Assembly (NCBI RefSeq): GCF_006345805.1
Contig: NW_021832850.1
Span: forward strand, 31,766-95,765
DNA from: Octopus sinensis
Taxonomy: Eukaryota
DNA: 64,000 nucleotides
Direction: 5' to 3'
Made by a program: the position numbers and the translations under genes. Positions 1 through 12,642 of this stretch are shown one piece after another (position 1 is the first letter of the stretch; each line of letters opens with the position of its first letter). Below the pieces are notes generated by a model. That model did no database searches. It was not told where the DNA came from and saw only the letters and a list, made by a program, of their open reading frames with translations.

Positions 1-295
1 CGGCTGATCACTGACTCCAAAAATATCCGCTAATGATTTTTCCCGCTGAACGCCGTATATAATTGTTTTTATACAGGCAGGAGGTCAGTATTTTTTATGG
101 TATTTAGTACATCGCACCTAGTACTGGACTGGCACACTAATTTTTCCACTCCGGAGCGAGGAAAGACTAAGTTGACCGCTAGCGGAATTTGGTCTCAGAG
201 TATGAACTCGGAAGAAATACTGCTTTCACAATATTGCCAGCGCGCCACGGTGATAATAATAATAATAATTTTTTATAATATAAGTACAAGGCATT

Positions 296-900
296 AAGGC
301 GGCGATCAGGTAGAAACGTTTGCACGCCGGGCAACATTCTTTGCGGTATTTCGTCTGCCGTTACGTTCTGAGTTCCGCCGAGGTCGACATTGCCTTTCAT
401 CCTTTCGGGGTCGATTATATAAGTACCAGTTACGCACTAGGGTCGATATAATCGACTTAATCCGTTTGTCTGTCCTTGTTTGTGCCCTCTGTGTGTAGCC
501 CTTTGTGGGTAATAAAGAAATAGGTATTTCGTCTGCCGCTACGTTCTGAGTTCCGCTGAGGTCGACATTGCCTTTCATCCTTTCGGGGTCAATTAAATAA
601 GTACCAGTTACGCACTAGGGTCGATATAATCGACTTAATCCGTTTGTCTGTCTTTGTTTGTGCCCTCTATGTTTAGTTCCTTGTGGGCAATAGAGAAAGA
701 AGAAACGTTTGCACGCCGGTCGAAATGCTTTGCGGTATCTTCTCTGTCTTTACGTTCTGATTTCAAATTCCTCCGAGGTTGACTTTGCCTTTCATCCTTT
801 CAGGGTCAATAAAGTAAGTAGCAGTTGCGTACAGGGATCGATCTAATCCACTGGATCTCTCCCCCTAAATTTAGGGCCTTGTACCTAGAGCAGAAAAGAA
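296..900 (+). mobile_element. Cluster of three tRNA/CORE-type SINE units (octopus OR-like), the first two tandem
   Basis: aaggcggcga..gaaacg...gagttc..attccgccgaggtcgactttgcctttcatcctttcggggtcgat core repeated at 296, 524 and ~704. Confidence 0.85.
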
Positions 901-1766
901 TAATTAGCATGCCGGGAAAATGTGCCTTTCATTTTTGTGGGGTGGGGTCTATAAGATAAGTATCGGCCAAGAACTGAGGGGTCGATATAATCAGCGTACC
1001 TCTCTCCCGAGATTGCTGGCCTTGTGTCAAAATTTGAAATCAATGAAGGTACAAGGTTTAAAATTTAGGGTAGGGAGCGAGTCGATTACATCGACCCAGA
1101 CCTTCCATTGCCACATTATTTTATCCACTTTGGAAAGACCAAAAGCAAAATTGACGTATACATGCGCGTGCGCCCTAACACACACACACACATACATTTG
1201 TAGATCCATACGCACACAAACTCAAAAGACGTGGGGGTCACGATTGGAACATCATTTACTGGAGATTTCCAAGTTCAAGGACCCAGCGATAATCTATATA
1301 TGGTTTGGGTTTCTGTCACTAAATAAATCCGAAAGTCAGTCCAAGTCTATACACGGTAGGGGAGTGGCTATAATGCTCCTTAAGACGGTTCATTGGTCTG
1401 CAAAATCAGGGCTTACCTGGCGAGTCAGAAAAGGAACTCTATGGTTACGCGACCTGTTGCACTTGGAAGATAAATCTTTCTGAAAGCACACACTACTGTC
1501 GTTAATAGGCCACAGGATATATTAGATAATAATGTAGTACTGGGTGTAGTGTCTGAAATAAACGGTATTTGATCTTACAGGTATCTGCATAATCAGGGTT
1601 GATTTAGAGCTAAACAACTGTACTATCCCAAACTACCACTACTGCCATCACCACCACCACCAACACTGCCATCCCCACTTCAACTGCTATCACATCCTAT
1701 ACCGTTTGGGTGTTAAGTACAACTATATAGTTAAAAGTTTTATGAGTTCTCGGGAATTCCGGTTTA

Positions 1767-3056
1767 CGAGGGACGTTCAATAAGTAATGCCTCTGACCCA
1801 CTTGCAGTTGTTTGATCTAGCTGAAATGTTGCATGTGCAATCATATATATCTCTATAGAGTAAGTGGCAAACTACAGCTCTGAACTAATTGTGGTGTCTG
1901 ATTTACACGTGTTTGAACCGAGTCAAGTGTGAAATGGAGCCTGTTGAGTGTCGAGCAGTGATCCGGTTTTTGTATTTGAAAGGACGCACACCACGGGAGA
2001 CTTTTGATGAAATGAAAGTAACTTATGGTGATGATGCCCCATCATATGACCTTGTAAAACGCTGGCATCGTGAATTCAAACATGGTCGGAACTCTGTGGA
2101 AACAGCTCCCAGATCTGGTCGCCGTCCTGCCATTGATGAAGCATCTGTCCGTCAAGTTGAGGCTGCCATTTTGGAAGATCGACGCATAATTATTCGCCAA
2201 ATAGCCCATGAAGTCAAGATTAGTACCGGATCTGTGGAAACTATCATTCATGACCATTTGCATATGCAAAAGGTGTCTGCCAGATGGATTCCCAGGTTGC
2301 TCACACCTTTCCAGAAGCAAGAACGCGTCGAGTGCTCGAGGGTGAATTTGGAGATGTGCCAAGAAGATGAGTAAACATTTTTCAAAAGACTGATTACACA
2401 GGATGAAACCTGGGTCCATCACGATGATCCAGAGACCAAAGTCCAGTCAATGCAGTGGAAGCACCGTGACGCACCTCCTCCAAAGATGGCAAGGGTGCAG
2501 CCCTCCGCTGGCATGGTCATGCTCACAGTCTTCTGGGACCAGGACGGAGTAGTGATGACAGATTTCTTGGCAAAGGGTACCACAATTGCAGGAGCCTATT
2601 ATACTTCACTTTTGAGGAAATTAAGAGAAGTTATCAAAATCAAGAGGCGGGGCAAGATCAGCAAAGGCATCCTCCTCCTGCAGGACAACGCTCCGGTCCA
2701 CAACTCGCTTGTCGCCAGATCAGAAGCACAGGTGTATGGCTATGAACTCCTCTCCCATTCCCCTACTTTCCTGACCTTGCACCCTCTGATTTTCACTTCT
2801 TCCCAGTCATGAAGTTGTTTTTGAAAGGAAAGCGTTTCCCAGATGATGCAGCCTTGATTTCTGAAGTCACGTTCAGGTTGGAGGACCTAGCTGGGGGTCT
2901 TCTACAAAAACGGTCCCCAGAGCTGCATCAAACAATGGAAGAAATGCGTAACTCTGGGTGGTTCCTATGTAGAAAAAGACTAATAACTGTGCCAAGTTTC
3001 GTTGCTCTACTGCTATGGGAAGTGGGTCAGGGGCATTACTTATTGAACGCCCCTCG
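1767..3056 (+). mobile_element. Mariner (DD34D) element, irritans/Bytmar1-like, full-length but defective
   Basis: TIRs CGAGGGxCGTTCAATAAGTAATGCC, TA TSDs at 1765-66 and 3057-58; transposase MEPVECRAVIRFL...ITQDETW...QDNAP...(YSPDLAPSD) with a TAA at 2372 and a later frameshift. Confidence 0.95.
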
Positions 3057-3435
3057 TAATCCTACATCGAGCAAGTGTCTCCTATCAGAGCGTCATGTTA
3101 GCCCGAGTGTACTCAGTGAAACGTTTATAGAAACACCCTCAGTGGGATCGCCTTGAATTGACTGACTCCGTTTTTAAACGTTTCGATACAGCTGTCTCTC
3201 CTACCCCACCTCACGGCCGTCAAGTACCTTTAGTAGAATCTTCATTCGGTTCAGGCGTGCGGTTTAAAGGTCGTTTAAAGTATTTTCTCTCATCGGGGAG
3301 GAAAGGGAAAATGAGATTCGTGCGTTGTCATTTCTGCATTCTGTTCGAGCTATGACAAAAATAATTTTAAAAAATATCTACCCTCAAAACATTAGTATCG
3401 TTCACAAAATACTAGTTATTAACAATAGTTATCTA

Positions 3436-3438
<3 letters not shown>

Positions 3439-3497
<59 letters not shown>
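3439..3497. repeat. (CT)n microsatellite
   Basis: Direct reading. Confidence 0.97.
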
Positions 3498-3501
<4 letters not shown>

Positions 3502-3649
3502 GTATATATAAAAGATGTCGTCCCGAAATTGAGGTAACCGAATTTTCGGGCTTTAATAACTATCAGTAGATGTAATAAGATATGAAAATTATATATTATA
3601 AAAGATTAGTGTATCTTCTTTTCTCTTCAGACTAAATATATTCACATCT

Positions 3650-5513
3650 ATAAACTAGGTAATGTCTGTAGACCAAAATACAAACATAACCTCCGCAAAA
3701 GGAATGAAACTAATACATCTATAGCAAAAGGGCTTAAAATTAACCGAGGAACACTTTGGAAAATTGTGAAGAAATTTCAAGAGACTCAACAGGCGTATCG
3801 ATTGAGGACCCTTATCAACAGAGTCAATTATTTGCCGAGGCTTTTTCAACTATTTTCAAACAAGATGATGGTCGTGAACCCCCTCCATTTGATAGATCGG
3901 TACCTCCAATGCTTCGATTGATCATCACGCGGGACCAAGTCAAACGTGTTATTCAAGGCCTCGATGTCAACAAGGGTCACGGCCCTGACGGCATACACCC
4001 ACGGGTTATCAAAGCGTTGGCTCCGGTCATCTGCGAGCCCTTAACACGACTATTCAATATGTCATTGGCGACGGTGTTATACCTGCAGACTGGAGAACAG
4101 CGATAATCTGCCCAATTTTCAAGAAAGGGAGCCGCGAAGACCCGCTTAACTACCGACCGGTTTCCCTTACATCAATAATCAGCAAGATGTTCGAAACCAT
4201 CCTTAAGAAACGTATGATGCTCCACCTCCTAAGCACAGCCTCGATCACTGATTCCCAACACGGCTTCGTGCAGAAGAGATCATGCTTGACCAACTTACTA
4301 GTAATGGAAGAATTGGTGACGCGCATCCTCGATGATAGTGATGCTGTTGACATCGTTTTATTGGACTTTGCCAAAGCTTTTGACTCGGTAAACCACCGCC
4401 TACTACTTGTCAAGCTTCAAGCATATAGTTTCCATCCGGATATTGTACGATGGGTTGGTGCCTTCCTCTCAGATCGCTCCTTCCAAGTTCAAGTTAATGG
4501 TTCGCGGTCCGACGTCTCCAGTGCGAGCAGTGGCGTGCCTCAAGGTTCAGTGCTTGGGCCCTTGTTGTTCTTAGTCTTCATAAATGACTTGCCCGACGAC
4601 CTCACGCAACACACCCTTCTATTTTCCGACGATATCAAACTGGTCGCTCCTCGCGGTAGTATAGAGGATCTTCGTCGATGCCTCCACCAAATTTGGAAGT
4701 GGTCTAACGATTGGGACCTGTGTCTGAACGTGTCAATGTGCTGTCATCTGCCTGTTGGCTCTACTCCTACAACTCAACTTGATTTCGAGCCGGGTCGTCT
4801 GCTGCTGGAGAGGACCGATCAGGTAAAGGACCTGGGTATCTTGGTGGATTCCTCCTTTTCGCCTTCGGCCCAGTGCGTCCATGCTGCCAACAAAGCGCGC
4901 GGAATTCTGTTTTTGATTCGACGGTCATTCGGAGTGCTCACAGCAGCCATATTCCTGCCACTCTATGTCACGCTGGTGAGACCCATATTGGAGTATGGGA
5001 TTCAAGCCTCTTCTCCTTATCTCCTCAAAGACATACAGCACCTCGAAAGAGTCCAGAGGCTGGCTACCCGCCTGGTTCATGGTCTCAAAAATTTGTCCTA
5101 CGGAGAAAGGCTGAGGACGCTCGACCTTTATTCTCTTGAAAAACGCCGCCGCCGTGGTGATCTCATTCTCGCCCACAACATCATAAGCGGGAAGTGTAAC
5201 CTCTCGAAAGAGCTGTTCTTCACTCCTGCTCCGGAGCGTCGGCTGCGGGGTCATTCCGAAAAGCTCTACCTGCGACGATTTCATCTCGATCGAAGGAGAG
5301 GAGCTTTCTCCGTCCGGGTTGCGGATCCGTGGAACAAGCTGCCAGATGAGATGGTGAAGATGCCGACGACCGCTTTGTTCAAAGCCTCCCTGGACCTCAA
5401 GTGGCCTGAACTCTTTACATGAACACCACCCTGTACTTAACTCCATGTCCCCCTACATGGCCTTGCTATTTGCTTTTGAGCCAAATTAACTAACTAACTA
5501 ACTAACTAACTAA
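3650..5513 (+). mobile_element. 5-prime-truncated CR1-group LINE, RT region nearly intact
   Basis: ORFs 3756-4106 and 4187-5422 (KGHGPDGI, QHGF, LDFAKAFDSV, GVPQGSVLGP, FSDD in place of Y/FADD, RRRRGDLI); (TAAC)n tail 5487-5513. Confidence 0.93.
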
Positions 5514-5666
5514 AGGAATCCAACGTTAAACTAGCATCTGCTTGGCAACAGAAATAATACAAAATCACTTGGAAAAAAATAAAAGGTAAACCCTTGCAGT
5601 AAGTTAAGTCAGATTAACAAACAAAACCGTTCATACCTATCTAACAACGGCAAATGTCAAGTCCTT

Positions 5667-5714
<48 letters not shown>

Positions 5715-6419
5715 TGATAGAAATGGTAAGACAACAAAAGAAAGAAAGAGACCTCTATATTATGTAAATACAGGAATTTATCTGTGAATGAAATATGTGA
5801 CATGTATTCGGTAGCTATGATAAAACTCCGAGTTTTATCATGGCTGCCGAATAATTGCCAATGACTAAGATTCTAGAAAATTAATAATTGTCTGAACAGA
5901 GTGATAGGCAACATACACTTAGGAGAAAGTGAAAGCGTGAAAGAGAAAAAGAGAGGTTGTGTGCAAGAATGAAAGAGAGAGAAAAAGAGAAAGAGGGAGT
6001 GAAAGTGAGAGAGAGAAAGAAGAAGAAAACCTCCATAAAACAATGGTTCCCAAGCTGACAAATATCACACCTTTGCAAATAAGAAGTGACATTTGTTATT
6101 GCCAAGGCCTTTACGATAGGCTTTACATCCCAAAATTGTTTCGTTCTTCCAAATTTAAAACTATATTAATTTCATTCGGCATGATTATTTGTCTGACCCC
6201 GTTCTAATCCTCAAACACACACACACAAGTTAAAATAACGTATAGTAAGTAAATGCAAAAACGTAAAACTGACACTGGATGGCAAGTTAAGAAACAGTAA
6301 ATGCGCAGACGAACAGAAACAGACACAGAAGGTCCCCAACTCGTCATCAGTTATCGGCCAGAGTGTCAAACGCAATTTCGTGCCTGCTTTTGTATGATTG
6401 CATATAGAAGAATATAACA

Positions 6420-6700
6420 ATCAATGAAATTCCAACCTAGTCTGATTCTCACGGTTTATTATTTGCAATATTATAATAATAGAATATTATATATTTGTTG
6501 TGATAAAACTAGTACTTTCATGCGTTACGCAAACATCAGGTTTATTGAGTAGTTGTGACAGTCGTGTTCCACAATTGACAACTCTAGTGAAATTATTGAA
6601 TTTGTCCTTTAAATACCTTCCGATTGGTTCCAGCAGGTTGAATCTTACAAACTGCATTTTGATTAATCAGTATGTAGCTTAGATGTCATAGTTTGGTGAG
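6420..6700 (-). mobile_element. Solo/diverged PLE pseudo-LTR related to 49682-49990
   Basis: Shares aattccaacc..tctgatt.tcacg...actagtactttcatgc...gtgacagtc...tcagtatgtagc blocks. Confidence 0.75.
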
Positions 6701-6893
6701 CGCGCCAATTAAATTCTAACTGTATTTCGACCAGTCAGTATTTGACTCAGATTTCATGGTTTGGTAACTTGGTTAGCATATGTCCCGCTTTTTACAACGA
6801 AATATTTTAACCAATTGGTGAGCGGGTTAGACGTCACGGCTTGGTGGGCACGTCGGGGTTATACGTCACGGCTTGATGGGCACTAATAGTGTT

Positions 6894-7748
6894 AATAAAG
6901 AATACCAAACAAGTTCCCTATGGATATCGTATTTATTACAAGGGGCTTGTAAACATGTCTAACGAGCGAAAGCGAGTTAGACACGTTTACAAGCCACGAA
7001 TTGTAATAAAAACGGTATCCATAGGGAATGAGTTTGGTATTTTATTTATTACACACGAATAAACGACCATATTTTATTAATCCAATAACTAAATTCTTCA
7101 CATCGTGTTGAAGCGCGTATGAATACAGCTTGGTTGAAATTCAAGTTCATTATTGCTCTCATCAAAGAAATCGTCACGTAGAAGTTCGTTGTACACCTCA
7201 TCAGGGATGTTAGATCTAGGGTTCGATGACAATCCACTCGTCGGTGACACTGTTTCAGGTACCTTTGTTAACCTGTATCCAGCAACATGTTGAACTTGGC
7301 CAGTATTGATCTTCACTTTGAACATTCTGTATGTTCCAAGAGGTTGAACAACAGATAACACTCTTCCCCCATCTTTACCATCAATTTTAACAAAATCATT
7401 CACCTTGATATCGACAACAGTAGCCATCTTGTTGATAGATCTACCTGCACTGCAAGAGTATCGACGAGCAGACGAAATATGTTGTGATGTTTTTGGCAAC
7501 AAAAAATTGAATTACCACCAGAAATGTTTATATTTTATGTGTATATGACTTTAAGTGATATCTGGTATAAAAAAGATAGTATGTTTGTTTAATTACATGG
7601 CTACATTCTACCTGCTCGTGAAAGTAATGAATGAAGTTTAGTTGTAATTTATGAATGACAAAAGTAGTGCCGTCACCGTGACCTCGGGTCATCACCATGG
7701 ATTGACCAATCAGAAGCAGCGCTCGCAGTATCTGACATATGTTAGATA
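6894..7748 (-). mobile_element. Probable non-autonomous Crypton-like (tyrosine recombinase transposon) derivative: terminal hairpin plus truncated 109-aa ORF (7427->7098)
   Basis: 154-bp imperfect palindrome, ORF MATVVDIKVNDFVKIDG...TRFNTM, CCAAT box and 20-bp palindrome at the far end; the family assignment rests on remembered resemblance only. Confidence 0.5.
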
Positions 7749-8224
7749 CAAAAAATATCTCAAAGTGTTCTCACTCACATGTGTGTAATAAACTATATAA
7801 ATATTAACTTGACTGAACCTTGACCGCACCTAAAAACGAAATTTTATGTTTCAGTGAAGTTAATATTAATATAGTTAACACTATCAGCATCGTCTCCGTC
7901 ACCTTTATTATTGCTGCTGTTAGCGGTGGTTGTGGTGGGAGTAATAGTAGCAGCAGTAGTAGCAATTATCATTATCATGGCCATAATTATTTCATGTTCT
8001 CTCGAAAGTTCACAAAATTCATACATACACACACTGCGTCTGTTATGTATGGATGTGTGTCTTCATATGTGCACCTGTGTGAAGTGAGGTATGTGTGTGT
8101 ATATGGTCACGTGTTTCTGTCTTCATTTGCTGGAGTACGTGTGTATGTGTGCGTGTCTGTTCATATTACCTATGTACCTATCTATCTGTATGTCGATCTG
8201 TTTACATTCATATCTATTTACCTA

Positions 8225-8237
8225 CATACATATATGC

Positions 8238-8268
<31 letters not shown>

Positions 8269-8781
8269 TGTATGTATGTATGTATGTATGTATGTACGTA
8301 TGTATGTATGTATGTATGTATGTACGTACGTACGTACGTATGTATGTATGTATGTTTGTCATTAATCAGTTTTATTTCAGGATTTCTTTCGAATAGAGAA
8401 ACAGCCGGATTCCAACCTTGATTCAGAGCTTCCTTGGAATTTCAATATCAACAAGGTTGTGTGTGTATGTATGTATGTATGTATGTATGTGTGTATGTAT
8501 GTGTGTATGTATGTATGTATGTATGTACGTATGTATGTATGTATGTGTGTATGTGTGTATGTGTTTATGTATGTATGTATGTATGTGTGTATGTATGTAT
8601 GTGTATATGTATGCATGTATGTGTGTGTATGTATGTATGTATGTATGTATGTATGTATGTATATATGTATGTATGTATGTATGTGTGTGTGTGTGTGTGC
8701 ATGTATCTGCATTGTTCTAACTTAAAGCCAAGGAACCGTCACTGGAATTTTAACATTACCAACGGGTTTTTTGCATGTATG

Positions 8782-8845
<64 letters not shown>
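8225..8845. repeat. Compound (TATG)n/(TG)n/(TA)n microsatellite block
   Basis: Direct reading; source of many spurious MYVC-repeat ORFs. Confidence 0.97.
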
Positions 8846-8848
<3 letters not shown>

Positions 8849-9046
8849 ATATTTGCATGTATGTTCGTATGTGTGAATACGTGCAGATTTGTATATTTGG
8901 TTTTATGTATGTTTTCTCTTGCATATTGTTGCATATCTAGACATGTTCATATATATTTAAATGATAGACTTTTGGAAAGTTTTACAGATATTTAGAGTTC
9001 TAGTGACCGGTTGGATATGTAGTCTTCGAATTAGTCTTTTCTTTTT

Positions 9047-11637
9047 ATATATATATATATATATATATATTTGTGTGTGTGTGTGTGGTGTGTGTGTGCG
9101 CATGTATGTATGCGTGTGTATGTGTATAGATATACACACACACATATATATATATATGTATTTTATGTGTGTGTGCATGTATAGATACGGTAGTAGCGAA
9201 TACTTAGCGAGTCAAAGTTAAGCACCGCATTTTGAGGATAGGTATATTCTGACTCAGTAATGGATAGACTATCTGTTTAATCTATCAATCAATCTATCTA
9301 TATTAAAGTTGTACACATACACATATACACACACACACACATAATGTACCCACACGCGCTCAACCGTTTGTACGTATACATTATACATGGAAAGTGAATT
9401 GAACAGTTGCCGTGTGTCCTTTAAATCGCTAAACTGGCTGTACACTGGAACGGCTACACATTCAAACAGATCAATCAGTGATGAGACTGGAAATGATATT
9501 TATTTGAAGCTAAGGCGGTAGGCTGGCAGAAACCCTTACACGCCGGTCGAAATGCTTAGCAGTATTTCGTGTCTTTACTTTCTGAGTTCAAATTCCACAC
9601 AGATTGACTTTGCTTTTCCTCCTTTCGGGATCTATAAATTATGTGCTTATTGCGTACTGGAGTCAATCTAATCGACTGTCCCTCTCGCCTTAAATTCCGG
9701 TCCTTATGCCTAGACTATAAAAGAATATTTATTTCAAACTTTGGCACAAGGCCACCAAGTTCGGGTGAGGAGGGTTAAATCGATTACTTCTACCACAATA
9801 CTCAAGTGGTACTTGTTTTATTGACCACGAAAAGATAAAAGCAAACTGAAATTTGGGCGGAATTTGAACTTAGAATGGTAATGACGGGGGAAATGCCGCT
9901 AAGCATTTTGCCTTGTGTGCCTTGTGTGCTAAGCATTTTGCCTTGTGTGCTCGCCGCCCTTATGCAGGCACATAATAGTGGTAAAACTATTGAAAGATTA
10001 TACTACTATATACTACTAGACTTGAATATCTGGGTAAGTGAGCGCTCTAAGTGTTTCTAAAGTATTGTGCTTTCCATATAAGTTACATTGAGTGACACTC
10101 CCTTCACCAATTGTCAAATGGCGATAGTAGTAACTCTGATGGCTTCCGATATACGTCGCTGCAGCCTACATTTATATTAGTAGATAATAATCGGAATGTT
10201 TTGGCCTTCTTTTCAGAACACTCCCCTCTTACTGTTGTTCGTGCAATCACCAAGCACACACACACACACGCACACAGGCGAGCACACACAAACTCTCTCT
10301 CTCTCTCTCTTTGTTTCTCACACACCAGTCAAAGAGAGATCCTTTACACAATCGCATGTTTTTCAAGAAATTGCAGCTTGCTCTCCTTGAAACGAGAATC
10401 TATTTTTTCTAACAAGTAGGAAGAAGACCAGAAAATTTAATCTATTGTAACCTATGATTACTGAACATACGGGATGGGTATAACTGGAATTCCTTTCTTG
10501 ATAGGTCATGTATACATACATACATACAGACAGACAGCAGACACACACATATATGCATACAAACGCCAAATGCTTGATGCACAGAAGGTATCAACCAAAT
10601 ACCTGATGCACAAAAGGGATACAGATGCTGAGAAGACAATAAAATGTGACAATAGGCTGCAGCGACGTATATCGGAAGCCATCAGAGTTACTACTATCTC
10701 CATTTGACAATTGGTGAAAGGGGTGTCACTCAATGTAACTTATATGGAAAGCACAATACTTTAGAAACACTTAGAGCGCTCACTTACCCAGATATTCAAG
10801 TCTAGTAGTATATAGTAGTATAATCTTTCAATAGTTTTACCACTATTATGTGCCTGCATAAGGGCGGCGAGCACACAAGGCAAAATGCTTAGCGGCATTT
10901 CCCCCGTCATTACCATTCTAAGTTCAAATTCCGCCCAAAGTTCAGTTTGCGTTTATCTTTTCGTGGTCAATAAAACAAGTACCAGTTGAGAATTATGGTA
11001 GAAGTAATCGATTTAACCTCCTCACCCGAACTTGGTGGCCTTGTGCCAAAGTTTGAAATAAATATTCTTTTATACTCTAGGCACAAGGACCGAAATTTGA
11101 GGTGAGAAGGCCAGTCGATTAGATTGACCCCAGTACGCAATAGGCACATAATTTATAGATCCCGAAAGGAGGAAAAGCAAAGTCAACCTGTGCGGAATTT
11201 GAACTCAGAACGTAAAGACGCGAAATACTGCTAAGCATTTCGCCCGGCGTGTAAGGGTTTCTGCCAGCCTACCGCCTTAGCTTCAAATAAATATCATTTC
11301 CAGTCTCATCACTGATTGATCTGTTTGAATGTGTAGGCGTTCCAGTGTACAGCCAGTTTAGCGATTTAAAGGACACACGGCAACTGTTCAATTCACTTTC
11401 CATGTATAATGTATACGTGCAAACGGTCGAGCGCGTGTGTGTGCATTATGTGTGTGTGTGTGTGTATGTGTATGTGTACAACTTTAATATAGATAGATTG
11501 ATTGATAGATTAAACAGATAGTCTATCCATTACTGAGTCAGAATATACCTATCCTCAAAATGCGGTGCTTAACTTTGACTCGCTAAGTATTCGCTACTAC
11601 CGTATCTATACATGCACACACACACACACACACACAC

Positions 11638-11697
<60 letters not shown>
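9047..11697. repeat. Large inverted duplication: ~1.05-1.1-kb arms (9047-10168 / 10653-11697), ~485-bp spacer
   Basis: Arms are reverse complements with only scattered substitutions, including the embedded SINEs. Confidence 0.95.
9510..9965. mobile_element. Two tail-to-tail CORE-type SINEs (mirrored at 10860-11285 by the inverted duplication)
   Basis: SINE core on + (9510-9720) and on - (9735-9965). Confidence 0.8.
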
Positions 11698-11701
<4 letters not shown>

Positions 11702-12195
11702 TCTAGTTGTGTGAGTGTCTGTCCCCTTCGATTTAGATTCCTAACTACTCCCACATTTTGCGGTGCAGTTTAACCAAATTCGGGTATCTTATAGTCGTGA
11801 TTCATATCGAGCCCGTCTGAGTATTAGCGCGCGTCTACGATGAGTCTACGATTTAAAAAATAATTTAACATCATTTTTCATTCCATTTTAATGCATAATT
11901 TTTCGTGTGTCGATGGCGGCGGAGTTGGCGTCCATGGTCACACCTGCACCTGTTTGCTTCTCCCCCTTCCCTCCCTCGTGAAGCTGTGGGGAAGGGAGTT
12001 TAAGGAAATCAACGTCGTAATGCGTTGTCAAGGAGACCAGCGTTCTTTTAGAACAACGACTTCATGGCTTGAAGACACCAAAACAGAAATGGCTAAGAAA
12101 GCCCGAATTGGCATCTATAAGGGAAGTAACTCTCTAAAAATGCTTATATAGTTATTTCCCTTACAAACCCGAGCAACGCCGGGCGATACTGCTAG
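11690..12195 (+). mobile_element. Non-autonomous Helitron (~505 bp)
   Basis: 3-prime hairpin cccgagcaacgccggg, 8-nt spacer, CTAG|T; 5-prime end merges with (TA)n; same family as 42031-43556. Confidence 0.88.
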
Positions 12196-12240
<45 letters not shown>

Positions 12241-12241
<1 letters not shown>

Positions 12242-12642
12242 TTCTCAATGTGCTCACTAAAAGGTATCATTCTGTATTCTGGGAATGCAATCTGTTGTCG
12301 ATGCAGTGTGCATCTTTTTAAGTGATTTAGGTTGTTTGTAGCTTTTAATGATTTGGTGTATGTTTAGAATTACCTTTAATTGGGGTCCTTATGAAGTATT
12401 GGTAAATTCTGGGTGATGATGGTGAAGGCTTCTTTGTTTCTGGGGTTGAATGTAGATATGTAAGCTAGTATTTTCGGGGTAGGTGTGTTGTTGTGTTGAA
12501 CTTTTCCTAAAGTTTCTATGTTGATTTCTGTTGCACGTCTGATCCCATCCTCTATGAGTTGAGCTGGGTAATGTCTATCAATTAGGGTGTTTTTGAGTTC
12601 TTGCAGTCTAAAGTTCCTGGTATTTTGTTCTGACACTATTGT
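12241..12642 (-). mobile_element. Inverted, internally deleted Penelope fragment (5-prime inverted part of the 12241-18503 insertion)
   Basis: Minus-strand LQELKNTLIDRHYPAQLIEDGIRRA...LHKDP; duplicates sequence found at 12643-13035 on +; ends in (TA)n. Confidence 0.85.

Noticed and set aside
296-900. Regularly repeated ~40-bp motifs resembling an array
   Set aside because: These are SINE cores in ~200-bp units, not CRISPR repeats; the context is eukaryotic
3540-3640. Minus-strand CUGAAGA...CGAAAA
   Set aside because: No convincing stems or UH site
7820-9221. Many overlapping 70-180-aa ORFs (MYVC/HTYI repeats)
   Set aside because: Translations of (TATG)n/(TG)n/(TA)n microsatellites, which lack stops in several frames
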